A stretch of DNA of 61,860 bases, the filler included, from Sphacelaria rigidula (Eukaryota), in the NCBI GenBank assembly GCA_964200075.2. It is 9 parts of 9 records of this genome, joined end to end, with 100 filler letters (N's around TTAATTAATTAA, not from the genome) between each part and the next. Parts side by side here need not be neighbours in the genome. Positions count along the whole stretch, not along the records: positions 48,193 to 54,976 come from CAXNAA020018100.1; positions 55,077 to 61,860 come from CAXNAA020018101.1; 7 more parts are not named here. One strand, given 5' to 3'. The notes beneath the pieces were generated by a model. That model did no database searches, was not told the origin of the DNA, and worked only from the letters and a program-made list of their open reading frames with translations. The position numbers were made by a program, and so were the translations under genes. Positions 49,496-61,860 of the stretch are shown here, piece after piece (position 1 is the stretch's first letter; every line of letters begins with the position of its first letter).

Positions 49496-52490
49496 CTAGT
49501 TTCGACTTGGTGGGCGATAGTCGCGCATGCGTTTTTGCCATCCGCGCCACGCGGGCTCATTGTCCTGTAATTCAGGGTTCATGAGATCAAAGGCATTGAT
49601 GCATGGACTATCGCAGTCGCGCATACTGTGGCCTTGAACACTACAGTTGATGCAACTGTTGGCATGACTGCTGAAGGCGTTGCGTCTAGCAGGAGACGAA
49701 ATACGTGGGTTCAACAAATGGGGATCATCTGTAATGAATGCCGTTGTTGAATTCAAATAAACATCACCCCAAGTTTCTTCGGAGAACGGCCAACCATCAA
49801 AACTCGCACTAAATGGATCTATATTACTCTGAACATGCATAACTGAACCGGCGACTGAGTCGGGGGTCCATGAAGTGCGAGATGAACTCGAACTCCTGCC
49901 GTGAGACCCTTGGGCACTAACGGAGGACACAACCGTGGGTTGTGAACACAGAGGCGTAGAAGGTTTGCCACGTATGGCGGGCGTTAGATTACCCTCTTGG
50001 TGTACAGAAACAGACCACATAGCATCAACGGAGGCGTGAGGCACCTCGTGATGCGCCAAGACACCCGGAAACGACGACGGCATCAGAGCCAGATACTGCG
50101 GAGCAACGTTATTGCGAACGTAAGTCTGACACATTGCGTAGCTCGGACCGTTTTGGCGTCCGACACCCGTAGTACCGGAGACTGAAAGCTTATATACGCG
50201 GAGATATTCCGCGAAGGGGACATCCGATGCGGCAGCAAAAAAACTCATTGTTGGATAGCGCTCGCTTGGCCGCTTCTGTCGAAGGAACCGATCAGACACC
50301 TTTCCAAATCAGAGAGCAATACCGGGCCTGTCTTCCCCTTGGAACGATCCGGATTTATCTCGGCGAGGAAGCCATCGATGATCTGCGTTAGAGAAGCAGC
50401 AGTGTCGGGAGAGCGGCGGCTGATGGACCTATGCAATGCTTTATGCAATAGGGTCTGCCAGCCATCTACCTAGCTGGAATCTTCAAAGCGTTGGACGCCA
50501 GCTGCATCCGCCGAGTGAAGGATATTGCAGACGGTACGGCGGATGGATGTGATGAGGGCAGAAGTAATTTATTCCGAATCTTCGTTATCCGCAGCAGGCA
50601 TGTTTTTGATATGCCAAAGCTTTTCCACACCCATCTGACTATACTGTCTCTGTATTGCAGCTACTCGGGGAGACTCGACTTTATCGGAAACTGATTTTTT
50701 ACTAGCTTCGAAACGTTCTTTGCCAGCCGCAGCGGTTGCTAAGGTTCGGGTTGCAGTGGAAGACAATGAACGGTCTGGTGTGTCCGTATGAGATAAACCC
50801 CAAATGCGACCCGAAACATCGGCCAACTTAGGTATCACTTGCCCTGGTGACACCGAACCCGAAGGGGGCAGGTCTATGTTAGACCGGCTCCAGCCTGTCG
50901 CGGAAGATCCGGGAGAATTGCCTTCGGCTTTCTTCCGGGTCGGGCCGCGGTTATTGCGGACCGGGCGGTTCGGTCTGGAACCACCTGAGGAGGATCCTCC
51001 ACCACCATGGCGGCGGCGTGAGCCTCCTCTGTCGCTGTCGTCGTCATCCCGCCGGTCGTTCTTCTTCTTTCCCTTGCAGTTGGCACTCGTAGGAGTCCAA
51101 CCATCGTCATCCTGGTCATCGTCGGCAATTGTGGCGTCGGGATCAGAGTTGTAAGCGGCACGTAGCGCCGCAAAAAAATCGGTGACAGTTTCCACGTATC
51201 TAGGTTGATCAGGGCCGGCGCCAATGGTCATATGCATTACCAGTTGGCCCAGGGTAAGGGACGTCACGCCCTCCTCGGGGAAGATGCCGCCCTGGTCAAC
51301 GTACAAGCCAACAACGCGGTGTAGACGTTGCGACACCAAGTTCCAAGCCTGGCGGGAACAGCGGAGGTGATTGGGGTGGTGAAACGGGCCCATATATTTG
51401 GCCGCGGAACGAGTGAGTCACCTGCGTTCGTCGTTCGTGAGTTGCAAGCCTTGTGTTGGCCCGGCATTGGCTGTCTAGATAGCTGCTGGAAGGGGGGGTG
51501 TTGGGGCCGTTTTGCTGACGGCGGTGGCCGCAGGGTAAGATGGACGGTCGGACTGCCGTGGAATTGTGTGAGTCGACTGGGTGGTATTAGATTGGGCCGT
51601 GTGGCTTGAAGGCGGGTGAGGAGGGACTAATGCCGAGATAGCCCCCCTACAAAAAGTGCACCGAAGACCGTCCGGCAAACCGGCTACGATTCTGCTGTTG
51701 GGCTCCTTTACAGCAACTTCGCCCACATGAGAGGCGTGTAGCATTGCAAAATCCGCTATGACGCCCAAATGAGTCGCGTCGAGCAGCAAGAAACCAGCTC
51801 TAACGGCATTTATGAGTATCGCCCCCGTGCACTTTTTTGGCCGGTTTAAGGGGGGGCTATCTCGGCAGCAGTCGAGGGCGATCACTGAGCAAGTTGCCGG
51901 CGGACGGAGGGGAGGCCTGATGGTGTGTGAGGCGGGCCACCGACGTAGCGGCGTCGTGGGCGGTCCGTCTGACATGGTCCTCCATATGTTGTACACGTCT
52001 TTGGGCCGCCATGGCGGCAGTACGACCTTCATGCAGGGCGCGTTGGGCGGCCGTGTTTGATGTTTGAGCGTGTGCGGCCCGCCTCTGGAGATTATTCAGC
52101 ATGCTCCTCCGCGAGGAGGCGTGCAGCGGCGGCGTAAGCCTCGCGTTGCTGAGCCAGAATATCCTTGGCTGAAGCTGGCGCTTCCGAGGTATAATTCTCA
52201 ATCGGCGTCAGTTGTTCCGCGCGGAAACGGTTCCTAAATAGCCTGAAGAGGAGGCCGGTGGGACAGTGCTCGTCATCGAGCAGAGGGAGAGCTTCCACGG
52301 ACGGAGTCGGGGGCATGGGGGCATCCGTGACGGGATCTGTGGTGGGTACACTATCGGCGTCGGTGTCGACGGCAGACGGGGCGGCATCTGTGGTGGGAGC
52401 CGGGGTGGCGGTGGTAGCTGTGGCTGTAGGCGTAGTAGCTGTGGCAGCGGCGTTGGCAGCGGTAGTGGTGGCGGCAGCAACGGCGGCGGT
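49496..52490 (-). pseudogene. Long Gag-like ORF1, copy 2, with C-terminal zinc knuckle; low-complexity continuation to 48193
   Basis: PKLADVSGRIWGLSHTDTPDRSLSS and KLWHIKNMPAADNEDS are shared with copy 1. Contains CINCSVQGHSMRDC and multiple stops and frameshifts. Confidence 0.75.
51625..51873. mobile_element. 249-bp MITE (GACT-ended, Sola-like)
   Basis: TIR gactaatgccgagatagcccccc / ggggggctatctcggcagcagtc with exact 4-bp TSD GAGG. Removing it restores LSDRP-PHPPSS. Confidence 0.88.
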
Positions 52491-52532
52491 TATGCATTCT
52501 GCCCAGAAGAACCTACCTCGCCCTTTTTCGGC

Positions 52533-54747
52533 GGCAAAAAGTATGTCCATCTATATAGGTGGATCCTTATTTCCACCGTCACCTTTTATCATGACCGATC
52601 CCGCGTTTTTGTTTTTTCATTCGCGAGCCCACATTTGTTTAATCTGCGGCCCGTTACGGATTTTGGCAAAAAAAAGTGAAGCCTTCACGTGTATCGGAGT
52701 GCAGGCAGTAGTCGGTACTCATGTCCTCTGCATCTGCATCCACTTTCATGTACGTGCATCTGAATGTAGCCTCGAACCCTATAGTGAAGACGGAATAGTG
52801 CTGTACTATATTGGCAAAGCACAGCTTCCTACTGTGCTCGCGAGTACAGCCCGTGCTTGTAACCTGGCACTACTGCATTGTGTGTGCTTGCAAAGTACAG
52901 CCTGTACTCGGACATGCAGTAGTACAAGGTTACAAGTACAGTCTACAGCTGTGCCGTGTTTGTGAAGCACAGCCTATACTTGTAATGTCGTTCTGTTCGC
53001 AAAATCCGCGGCCGGTACTTGTGAATACTCATGTGCCCTGCTGTAACACCCTGACGCTGCATTGTACTACCGTTATACCGTCAAGTCTTCATCGTGCAGG
53101 ATATATTGTGCCCATCATCTCGAGAAGAAATATCTCATCCACGGCACCACCGGATAATGGACGATCGAATTGGGTGTTTTCCGTCGTGCTTAACATTGAC
53201 GCGTGCTGGCTGGACTTCGATACTCCGTCGGTCCTCCATTTGTTTATCGCTGCTGTATACACTCCTTTTTTCCGTCTTGTCTTCTACGTGCTCACCGTTT
53301 CTCTTGAGTTGTGCGATCATTTTTAATAGACGTTCAGAGTCATGGCAAGGGGGGTTGTCCATTTTGACCTAGATGTTCATCATCGAGAGGCTCTCAAAGT
53401 TAGGACCAATAGAGTGATGAAGGCAAGAAATTTCAGGTGCACTTTTTTGTCAACCGTGGCGTGCTCACATGTATATTTCGAGTTGGGTTTGGGATGAGAG
53501 ACACTGCTCCCAATAAATGTCATCGAAGAAATGTCGTGTGCTTTTGATTGTGTTGCCATCGCATCAAATAGAGGGAGGCACACGACAGATTTACCCAGGA
53601 CGGTTACTGAGGTTCTCCCGTTCTTGCACTACTCAGCTGGCTTGGACGCGAACCCCGGCACCTGTTGCGCTGTAACCTTGTACTACTGCATGTTCGAGTA
53701 CAGGCTGTACTCTGCAAGCACAGACAGTACAGTTGTGCCAGGTTACAAGCACGGGCTGTACTCGCGAGCACAGTGGGTAACTGTGTTTTGCCAAAACAGT
53801 ACTGTCAGAACCACAACTGGCTTGTGGTGTTCTCGTAGGTTCACGGGCTGCGGTGTTCAGAGTTCTCGCTTGTGGTGCGGCTTGCTGGTCGTGGCCAGAA
53901 GGTGTCGAGCTGATGTCCCAAGAAGATGTTGGTTGGTTGAGGTTTTATTATACTGCCTTGAGTGTACACTGGTCTTTGACTTGCTGCCGGTGTGGCTTCT
54001 CGGAAGACTGACCCCGATGGGCAAGCAGCACACACTCAAACCCCCCTTGAACCCCCATCTACATTCACACATCCATGGTGTTCATTCTCTTCGCAAATAG
54101 CAGAACTCCAGTCCCCCATATTCCTACGTTCAACTGCAACTTCCTGTTATTGGCTGAACCTACTTGCATCGCACTGCACATCTATCTGAGATATATCACC
54201 AAGCCAGGTCTCCTCAAAACCGAGCACGAATAATTAAGAGCTGGATGATACAGCTATTCTCCAGTTTCCACTAGATCCAAGTCATTCGTTATTCTGCGCG
54301 CAGACTGAAACACATGCAGGGCGACTGCATGCGGGACCCTTCTTTATTCGTATCTCGTACACCTGCTACAGCTCATACGTTGTTGTATACTTTACCCAAT
54401 ATCCTCATAATATACCAATAATTGCTCTGTATAACGGTAGCTGAAACCCAGGCTCAGTTTGTGATCACGACAAAACAGCATGATTCCATCTTCACTGTAG
54501 GATTCGAGGCTACATGGGGATGCACGTATATGACAGTAGATGCAGATGCACAGGATATGACTACTGACTGACTACTTCCTGCACTCCGGTACACGTGAAG
54601 GCTCCACTTTGTTTGCCAACATCCATAATGGGCCGCAGATTAAAAAAATGTGGACTTCCGAATGAAAAAAACAACGCGGGATCGGTCATGATAAACGGTA
54701 ACGGTAGACATAAGGATCCACCTATCTAGGTGGATATACCTTTTGCC
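52533..54747. mobile_element. Mutator-like (MULE) non-autonomous element with long TIRs
   Basis: GG...CC ends, ~270-bp imperfect TIRs plus inner inverted blocks (52810-52900/53700-53800), 10-bp TSD CTTTTTCGGC/CTTCTTCGGC. Confidence 0.8.
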
Positions 54748-54935
54748 CTTCTTCGGCGTCAGCCGACCCGCTAGTCCCAGCTCTAATCCAGGCATTTCAC
54801 GACTTTTTGCCACGCCGCGTTCAAAGACCAATCGGTTTCCGCTCACGTGCCATTCAATGATAACTCTGCACCTACCGCGCCCGAATCCGTACGTTTGGCG
54901 CCCGATCGGCAACTCCACGTTCTCCGTTCGTCTCT

Positions 54936-54976
54936 GACTCATCCTACGATAGGGGGGGGGGTATTTTGGGCCATTT
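54936..54976. mobile_element. Left end of another GA(C/G)T-ended MITE, cut by the contig end
   Basis: gactcatcctacgatagggggggggtattttgggcc matches the start of 15301-15553. Confidence 0.7.
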
Positions 54977-55540
54977 NNNNNNNNNNNNNNNNNNNNNNNN
55001 NNNNNNNNNNNNNNNNNNNNTTAATTAATTAANNNNNNNNNNNNNNNNNNNNNNNNNNNNNNNNNNNNNNNNNNNNCCCCCCCCCCCCCCCCCCCAGAAA
55101 GGGGGGGGGGGTGAGAGTAAAAAAAAACAAAGCAAACCAAAAAAAAAGCCCCCCCCCCCCCCCCCCCCCCCCGCCATATTGTTGTCGTCATAGTACATTC
55201 CGTATAGTGCGCAGCTGCGCAGGCCTAATTTGTACTGGCTTTTGGCGTGTTGAACTATGGGAAACGCTGGTTCACACCATATCTGTTTTGATTGTAGATG
55301 GCGGCTTTGAGGTGACGGAAGGCCATGGGGTAAAGCAGTGTGGGTGACGGAACGTGTCTTGCGTGTTTGTTTCGCTTTTCCCATCCCAACTTGAATGTTC
55401 TGGAGTTCCCTTGGACGACCATGAGGATATTGTTGTCGGAGAGTGTTTTTTGAGTTTACAATTGCTGCAGGATGCAGTAACATGGAGCTGGGTCAATCGA
55501 ACCTTCTTGGCACCTTCGTCTCTTGTCTGCTGTCTAGCAG

Positions 55541-57115
55541 ATGTCTCTTCTGGCGCAGTGCAAAGTCGCGCTCGAACGGGAAGAAGCCCACAACGTTGTC
55601 GCTGGACAGATCAGTGTTGCTTTGCGTCTGAGGGTCATGGATCTCGAGGACGAAGTAGAGGCGGCCAAGGCAGAGATCGCGGCTACAAAAGAAGCACAAG
55701 AGCTCGAATGTGGTTCGTCCACCTCGGCCCACGCGGCGACGCGACGAATCGTCCGCCTTGAGTTGGAAAACGAGGAGCTCAAGCAGCAGCTCGCGGCTGC
55801 AACCGCCGGAACAAGCAGCCTGCCCTCGGAATCGCAACCGCCCCATACACCCTCGCCTGCGGTAAGCTCTGTCGTGACTCCGAAGATGTTCAAGCCTTCC
55901 TCCCCGTTTTCGGCCGTGAGAATAGCTATGGGTTATTCGCCCATATCTGCGCCTCGGGGTAGCCCCAAGAGCAGCAGGTTGTCACTGTGCGCCTTAGACA
56001 CGAATGCCTCGTTGCCGACCACCAACAACACCAACAACACCAGCAAGAAGGAGGGCGATGTCATCCGCGTGTGCGACAGCAACATCGTCGACGTCACCAA
56101 TGCCCCAATTGCCACGACCGCCTCGACGGCTACCATCGCCAGCAACGGCAACGGCACCAACCACACGATGCCTAGCAGCACCATGACCCCTGCCGCTGCC
56201 ACGACCGCCTCGACCGCCTCGACCGCCTCGACTGCTATCATCAACAACAGCAACATCACCAACCGCACGACGCCTAGCAGCACCATGACCTCCACCACTG
56301 CCACTATCGCCTCGACCGCAACCAGCGGCAGCAACAGCAGGAACCACACGAAACGCAGCAGCACGATCACCAGCGCCACCGCCTCGACCGTTACCAGCAG
56401 GAGGAGCAGCAACATCAACAGCAACAGGAAGGATGGCAACACGGCTACCTGCACCACCGCCTCGACCGTTACCAGCAGGAGGAGCAGCAGCATCAACAGC
56501 AACAGGCAGGATGGCAACACGGCTACCTGCACCACCGCCTCGACCGTTACCAGCAGGAGGGGCAGCAACATCAACAGCAACAGGAAGGATGGCAGCACGG
56601 CTCCCTGCACCACCGCCTCGACCGTTACCAGCAGGAGCAACAGCAACATCAACAGCAACAGGAAGGGTGGCAGCACGGCTCCCTGCACCACCGCCTCGAC
56701 CGTTACCAGCAGGAGCAACAGCAACATCGACAGCAATTGGAAAGATGGCAGCACGGGTACCTGCACCACCGCCTCGACTGTTACCAGCAAGAGGAGCAGC
56801 AACAGCTACAGCAACAACAACAGGAAAGATGGCAACACGGCTCCCTGCACCACCGCCTCGACTGTTACCAGCAAGAGGAGCAGCAACAGCGACAGCGACA
56901 AGAAGGGTGGCAACAGCATCCGCCTCAACAAGAACACCAACAGCAGCAGTGACAGCCAGAACAAGAACAAAGCGGAGTCCCGCTGCAGGGTCAGGGGGAT
57001 GAGCGAGAAGGGGGCATCAGTGGGCGGCGTGGAAGGCCCCCGTGTGGGACCTGGGGTAGTGTCTGCCACTGCGGCGAGCACGGCTAGAACCGCCATCAGG
57101 TACAGCGTGTTTTAG
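55541..57115 (+). CDS. Unknown protein exon: short coiled coil followed by Thr/Ser/Asn-rich 26-aa repeats
   Basis: 524-codon open frame with heptad-like segments (LRVMDLEDEVEAAKAEI, LELENEELKQQL). It is preceded by a pyrimidine tract and CAG, so it is probably an internal exon; boundaries are uncertain. Confidence 0.5.
   Translation: MSLLAQCKVALEREEAHNVVAGQISVALRLRVMDLEDEVEAAKAEIAATKEAQELECGSSTSAHAATRRIVRLELENEELKQQLAAATAGTSSLPSESQPPHTPSPAVSSVVTPKMFKPSSPFSAVRIAMGYSPISAPRGSPKSSRLSLCALDTNASLPTTNNTNNTSKKEGDVIRVCDSNIVDVTNAPIATTASTATIASNGNGTNHTMPSSTMTPAAATTASTASTASTAIINNSNITNRTTPSSTMTSTTATIASTATSGSNSRNHTKRSSTITSATASTVTSRRSSNINSNRKDGNTATCTTASTVTSRRSSSINSNRQDGNTATCTTASTVTSRRGSNINSNRKDGSTAPCTTASTVTSRSNSNINSNRKGGSTAPCTTASTVTSRSNSNIDSNWKDGSTGTCTTASTVTSKRSSNSYSNNNRKDGNTAPCTTASTVTSKRSSNSDSDKKGGNSIRLNKNTNSSSDSQNKNKAESRCRVRGMSEKGASVGGVEGPRVGPGVVSATAASTARTAIRYSVF
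56370..56915 (+). repeat. 78-bp coding minisatellite, ~7 copies
   Basis: accgcctcgaccgttaccagcagg recurs every 78 bp (last unit slightly longer), frame preserved. Confidence 0.9.
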
Positions 57116-60100
57116 AGTGTTCCGGGAGTGCGGGGAATGAGCACCGACGGATATCTGATGTACGATCCACCCCCAATAAGGGAGCATGTTGTGAATGAAC
57201 TGTTTGCATGCGGTCAAAGGAAGCTCTTTGATACTGTGTACACAGTTTCCGCGAAGTGACGGTCTGCACAAATGCGCTCCAGTACAAAACGGTGTACAAT
57301 ACAGTAGTGGGATAATCGCCGCCACGCAGTGCCCAGGGGCGGTCATGAGGGGTGGTTCATCGCTGATATATTACTGGTACCCTCCCGCTGTCGATGCATA
57401 TATGGGTATTGTCAAGTAGTCGTATTTTGCTTCGGGAAACCTGCGTCGTTTAGTTCTCAAAGGGCGCGCTGTTTGGTCAGTTAGCGTCACCAGTATTGCC
57501 ATCCCTGGAAGTGGGTGTGTTTCGTTCCTTCCATGATATCGTCCTCTCCAGGTATGTCTTCGCTCCGCTGAATCGCTGTCTGCAAAATGTCGATGTCGAT
57601 GTCGACAGCCCCTTGATTACCTTCTTGCTTCGTCATGGATATGGTTTGGTGAAGTCAGGACTTAGCGTTGAGCCCATGAAAGCGTGGCGCATCGGCTACT
57701 AGCTTTTGTTTATGCCCCCACTCACCGCAGAAACAGGAGAGGTGTCGTGTCATGAATGTACCGGAGAACGTTCCACGCATGCGCGTCATGATCAACAGCC
57801 CTGGCGCTCAGTTTTTGTCCTCCTCGTGTAGCTCCCCCGCTTGAAAAAGGTAACTCCGTACCAAGGCTGCAAAATGGCAGTCGTTTTCATTTCCGCCCTC
57901 GTCCTGCAGAATTCCGTTTCGCTGCAACGCTGAAAGGAGTCCAAAATATTTGTGTTCGATTGGGCTAGTGATTCTGAGGCATATGTTTGACAGAAGTTTT
58001 GCAAGATGTTGGTGGTTATGCAGATCTGGGGATGTCCCGCGCTTTTCGCTTGGAAGCCTGAACGTGGCATCGAGCCAAGTAAGACCGGTTTGCCAGGAAC
58101 TTTGCCCCTGGTCCACGACCTCCAAACACGAGAGGCTGAGTATCATGACATGGATATTGAGGGGTGAACCCGACTCGATCAAACTAGGTACATGCCGACT
58201 GCAAGATGACTGCGTAGTGACATGGGGCCGATCTTGAAGGGCCATGGCTGAGTATCGCAGCATGTTCCTCCACAGACGAAGGAGCACTGCACTGCCGGTA
58301 GCTTTAGCTGGATACACCGCGACTCTCGCCTTCGACATGACTCACATAATATGCTTTGTCTCTCCGTGTGGCTTCGCCACCCTTGCTTGTTGCTTGCAGA
58401 CGGAATGCTGAACGAGACGCCAACTCTCTCCCTCGCAACACGAAGGCGTCGAGGCGATGGAGGTAATGTTGACCAGCTGCGTATGATCCACGGGCATCCT
58501 CTTGTACCGTGGGGTCAGCAGTGAACGTTTGGAGGAAGGAGTTTGGGGGCGGGCCGACGTTTGTGACGCAACGATGAGAGTGTTGTGATAACATGCCGGG
58601 GTATGAGCTCGGCCCTTTGGGACGTACGTTTTGTCGGTGTTCGTGTTGAAGTGTAGAGGGTGTCGAGAATGTTTCGCACACGGGGTTGTTGCTGATGTCT
58701 GCAAGCCTTGAGCAGGATACGGCGTTGAGCAATTTTCGTATGTAGGCATTGAAGACAAGCACAAGATGCTGGAGTGACGTGCCGTGCTGAAGGAGCAGCC
58801 TCGGGTATTCACTAGGGATGTTGAAGGGATTTGCATGAGTGTCCACTACTTGGAAAAATGTAAGCCTGAGGATCATCTTCGAAACCGACAAGTTCTGTCG
58901 TGCAGTGTGACTTCCTTTTGCGCGGTGTCGCCTACCCATAAGAATAGTGATAAGCTGGAGCGCGGGATATGTGATCGGTAACGTCTACTACACTGCAGTA
59001 AGTTGGGTGGTCGCGTCTGAGTTCTACGAGTGTACTTGTGGCGCGGAAGGTGTTGTTACTGTGATATTCATCCTCACTTTCGGTTGTACGTGTACAGGAA
59101 CGATACGAGTGGCTGGTGTGTGCCGCGAAGAGCGGAGATACGTGCAACATCCACGCACAATAATCCGTTTTTTCTTGTAGTATGGGTGTTGACGATACAC
59201 CTTCGACACTTGACTTGGTGTAATATAGTATTCGATTTAGCAGGATCTTATCTTGGCTAGGCACACAGCCTGAAGTAGCCATATTTGGGAATATTGTATT
59301 TTGGTTGACGTCGTTGGTCGACACGTCTGATCGCGTTTCTAGCATCCCCAAGTTGTGGTCGACGCGCTCAAGCGGTCTTGTTTATAATGTGTCGAATCAA
59401 ACCACAAGGTTATGTAGCTCAAAGTGGAGACATAGAACGTAAATATCGTCGACACCCCACTTGAGATTCCTGTTGGAACACTGTTGGGCAGTCCAGGGCA
59501 CGACCTTCTTAGTCGTCACGTGTATTTGCATTTGGGAAGATTTCGTTGTGTCCCAGTGCTCGTGTGTCTTGCCTGGTGTGTCAGTTGCTGATATACACCG
59601 TGCGTACCGCTTGGGGCTGTTGTGTCCGGTTTGTTGGAGGGAAAGGGGAGAGAGAGTGGCGTTTGCTGGGGGACACCTTCGTGAATTGTACACATCATGA
59701 GCCATCGGCGTATGTCCCTTATTAAATGAGGCCTACACATGCGCTTTCTAATTGTTGGATATTTTTTCCTGCTTCCAACTCCACGTGTGCTTCTTTGACG
59801 TGATGCAGCAGGACTTTAATAATGACCACGCGAAACCAATTTGGTGATTGGTGGATTGCTTTTTTCAGGACCCATGCCTTCGCGTGTATCTATGCCTGCA
59901 ATGTTCTCAGCGTCGTACAAGATCACCAGCAGTAGCCACGTAGCCCGAGTACTCTCGATGCCAGAAAAATCAGTTTCCGTTGTGCTATCGCATGGGTCCA
60001 TTAGGCACCCGATGGTCGGGTTCACAATCTGCTGCTTCTGTCGGTGGCGTTAGTTTCGTTTGCCGCAGTGACGCGGACGCCTAGCCTGCTCTCTTGGCGC

Positions 60101-60683
60101 GTGAATAAATTGCTTGTAGTACTTACCTGGCCCCAAGTATATGCTGACCGCGCTGACGTGTCGCAGTTTTTCGTGGGCCTCGGTCAATCGACGCCGAAGC
60201 TTGCTGCTGGATGATCCCAGATCAACACGTGGTGTTTTTTTTATCGTGATCACCGGCGCGGGTTGAGTCAAGCCGGCTGCTGTTTATTCGTTTTCCGTGA
60301 CGTACTCTTTGTCCGCAAAATGGCAAGGACTACAGAATACCTCACGGTCTAACCATTTATTCATATGAGCGTGTGCAGGACATGCCTGGGCCATGTGCTT
60401 ATGGCGCACACACAGGGGTATGAAGTTATCAAGTTTTCAGAAGGTTTCGCCAACGGAAAGGCACGGGTCGGCTGTTTCGTACTAGGAGGTGCTGTCACGT
60501 GAAGCTGCAGTCATGCAGCGTGAATCACGTGTATCCTGCTCCATGCTTAACTCGCAGGCAGTTCGTTGTAACTTGGCTTGGAAGGAGCTACGAGGAGACT
60601 TGAAGCAGGGAAGTTCGTGGAGTTCTATTTGTGTAGAGCGTCCGACAATCACCACCTCGAGCAAAACTGGCGGTACGTAAGTA

Positions 60684-61545
60684 GATTTGAGCGGAACAAA
60701 GCCGATCTCGATCAACAAGGGATCGATTGTTTTCCACCAGTTGCGCGGGCTTTGAGCGAGTCCGTGAAGACTCTTTTCCAGGTCCATGACGTACCGTGTG
60801 CCGTTCTTGTTGTTGGTTTGTACAAAACCTGGTGCAATTTCTACGAACACCTTTTCTCCCTCTTCGAACGAAGCGTACAAGAAGGCAGTGTTAACATCCA
60901 CTTGGATCACCTCCCAATTCATCTCTGCAGCGGTGGCGAGCACCATCCGGACACTCTGTAGTCGACACACAGGAGCGTGAGTCCCGTAGCAGTCCCTGCC
61001 GTGGATTTGATTCCAGCCCTGGGCGACAATTCTGGCCTTGAAAGTGTTGTCAGCTTTCAGCTTAAACACCCACTTCGAACCGATCACTTTGTGCCCATGA
61101 GGAACGTCGTAGTGCGGGACAAGCTTATAAACGTTGAGGTCTTGAAGACTTTTCAGCTTTTTTTCCATCACTGCTTTCAACTGGGGCGCCTCCGGCAAGC
61201 GTATAGCATCTTGGTAGCTAACAGGAACTTTGATGGCCCCTGATGATGAGCGGCCAGAGAGCTGAGTGTTGGTAGCGGCGAAGGGATATTCGATGAATCC
61301 GGGAGGCTTCTCCCTGTGGGCGACATCCGGAAACTCCCCTTGCACGACGTAAGCTAGCAACTTCAGTTTGCGTATAGTTCAACCCGTGGGCAGAGCTTCA
61401 GAACCGCGAGAAGAAATCGGCGGGTTGGACCGTGAAGATCGACGCTTAGAAGGCCGTGAACCCTGGTTACGCGCCGACGCTGTCGCCTGCCGGGTGACAG
61501 GAGGGTTAGACCGTGAAGCACGCTCACGCGAGGAAAAGGATCGAC
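60684..61545 (-). pseudogene. Ty1/Copia pol fragment (linker plus N-terminal half of RT)
   Basis: KWVFKLK..FKARIVAQG, APV, QVDVNTAFL and LEKSLHGLAQSPRNW motifs; truncated before YVDD. Confidence 0.92.
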
Positions 61546-61860
61546 CACACACGAACAGCCGATCCTAATTTTTGGGGTTGAAACAAAAAATGAGGTTGAA
61601 GTCCCATTTCTCTATTGCAGGGAAGATACGAAAGAGTAACACAGAGCGAAAAGTATCTTCCCCCCCCAAACCTCCGCAGCAAGAGTTGACCGTTAGATCG
61701 CGAGAGTAGGTCACCTGCTGAATCGGCATCAATATTCACTTGAATAAAGTACACGCGCGGTCCAGATGGACTACGGGCACCGCGGTCCAAGGGTTAAGCA
61801 ACTCAGGCTAGGTGCACCCAACGAAATGCGGTGTACACGCGTGTCGATGACGATATCACC

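Noticed and set aside
55933-56802. 289-aa Leu/Val-rich membrane protein on the minus strand
   Set aside because: It is the antisense shadow of AGC/AAC/ACC repeats; the antisense ORFs over the gag, pol and ERCC6L2 regions are rejected for the same reason.

Overview
This is eukaryotic, repeat-rich DNA, most likely from a brown alga (Phaeophyceae); that is inferred from intron structure, TTAGGG repeats and the style of the repeats. It is not one locus. It is nine size-sorted contigs of 6,784-6,785 bp joined by artificial 100-bp N44-TTAATTAATTAA-N44 linkers, so adjacency across linkers means nothing. Host genes are the last three exons of an adenosine kinase (minus strand), the first two exons of an ERCC6L2/SWITCH2-like SNF2 ATPase, and an unknown coiled-coil/78-bp-repeat exon. 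The rest is mostly transposons: two decayed Ty3/Gypsy elements with a WxDD reverse transcriptase, two copies of an element with a very long Gag-like ORF, Copia and LINE fragments, a tRNA-derived SINE, and many nested MITEs and foldbacks. The most unusual observation is that both Gypsy elements have a self-complementary palindrome/hairpin where the tRNA primer-binding site should be. Also notable are a TG..CA MITE carrying telomeric repeats and a family of about 250-bp GA(G/C)T-ended MITEs found only inside retroelement ORFs. No prokaryotic-type system (CRISPR, TnpB/Fanzor) was seen.
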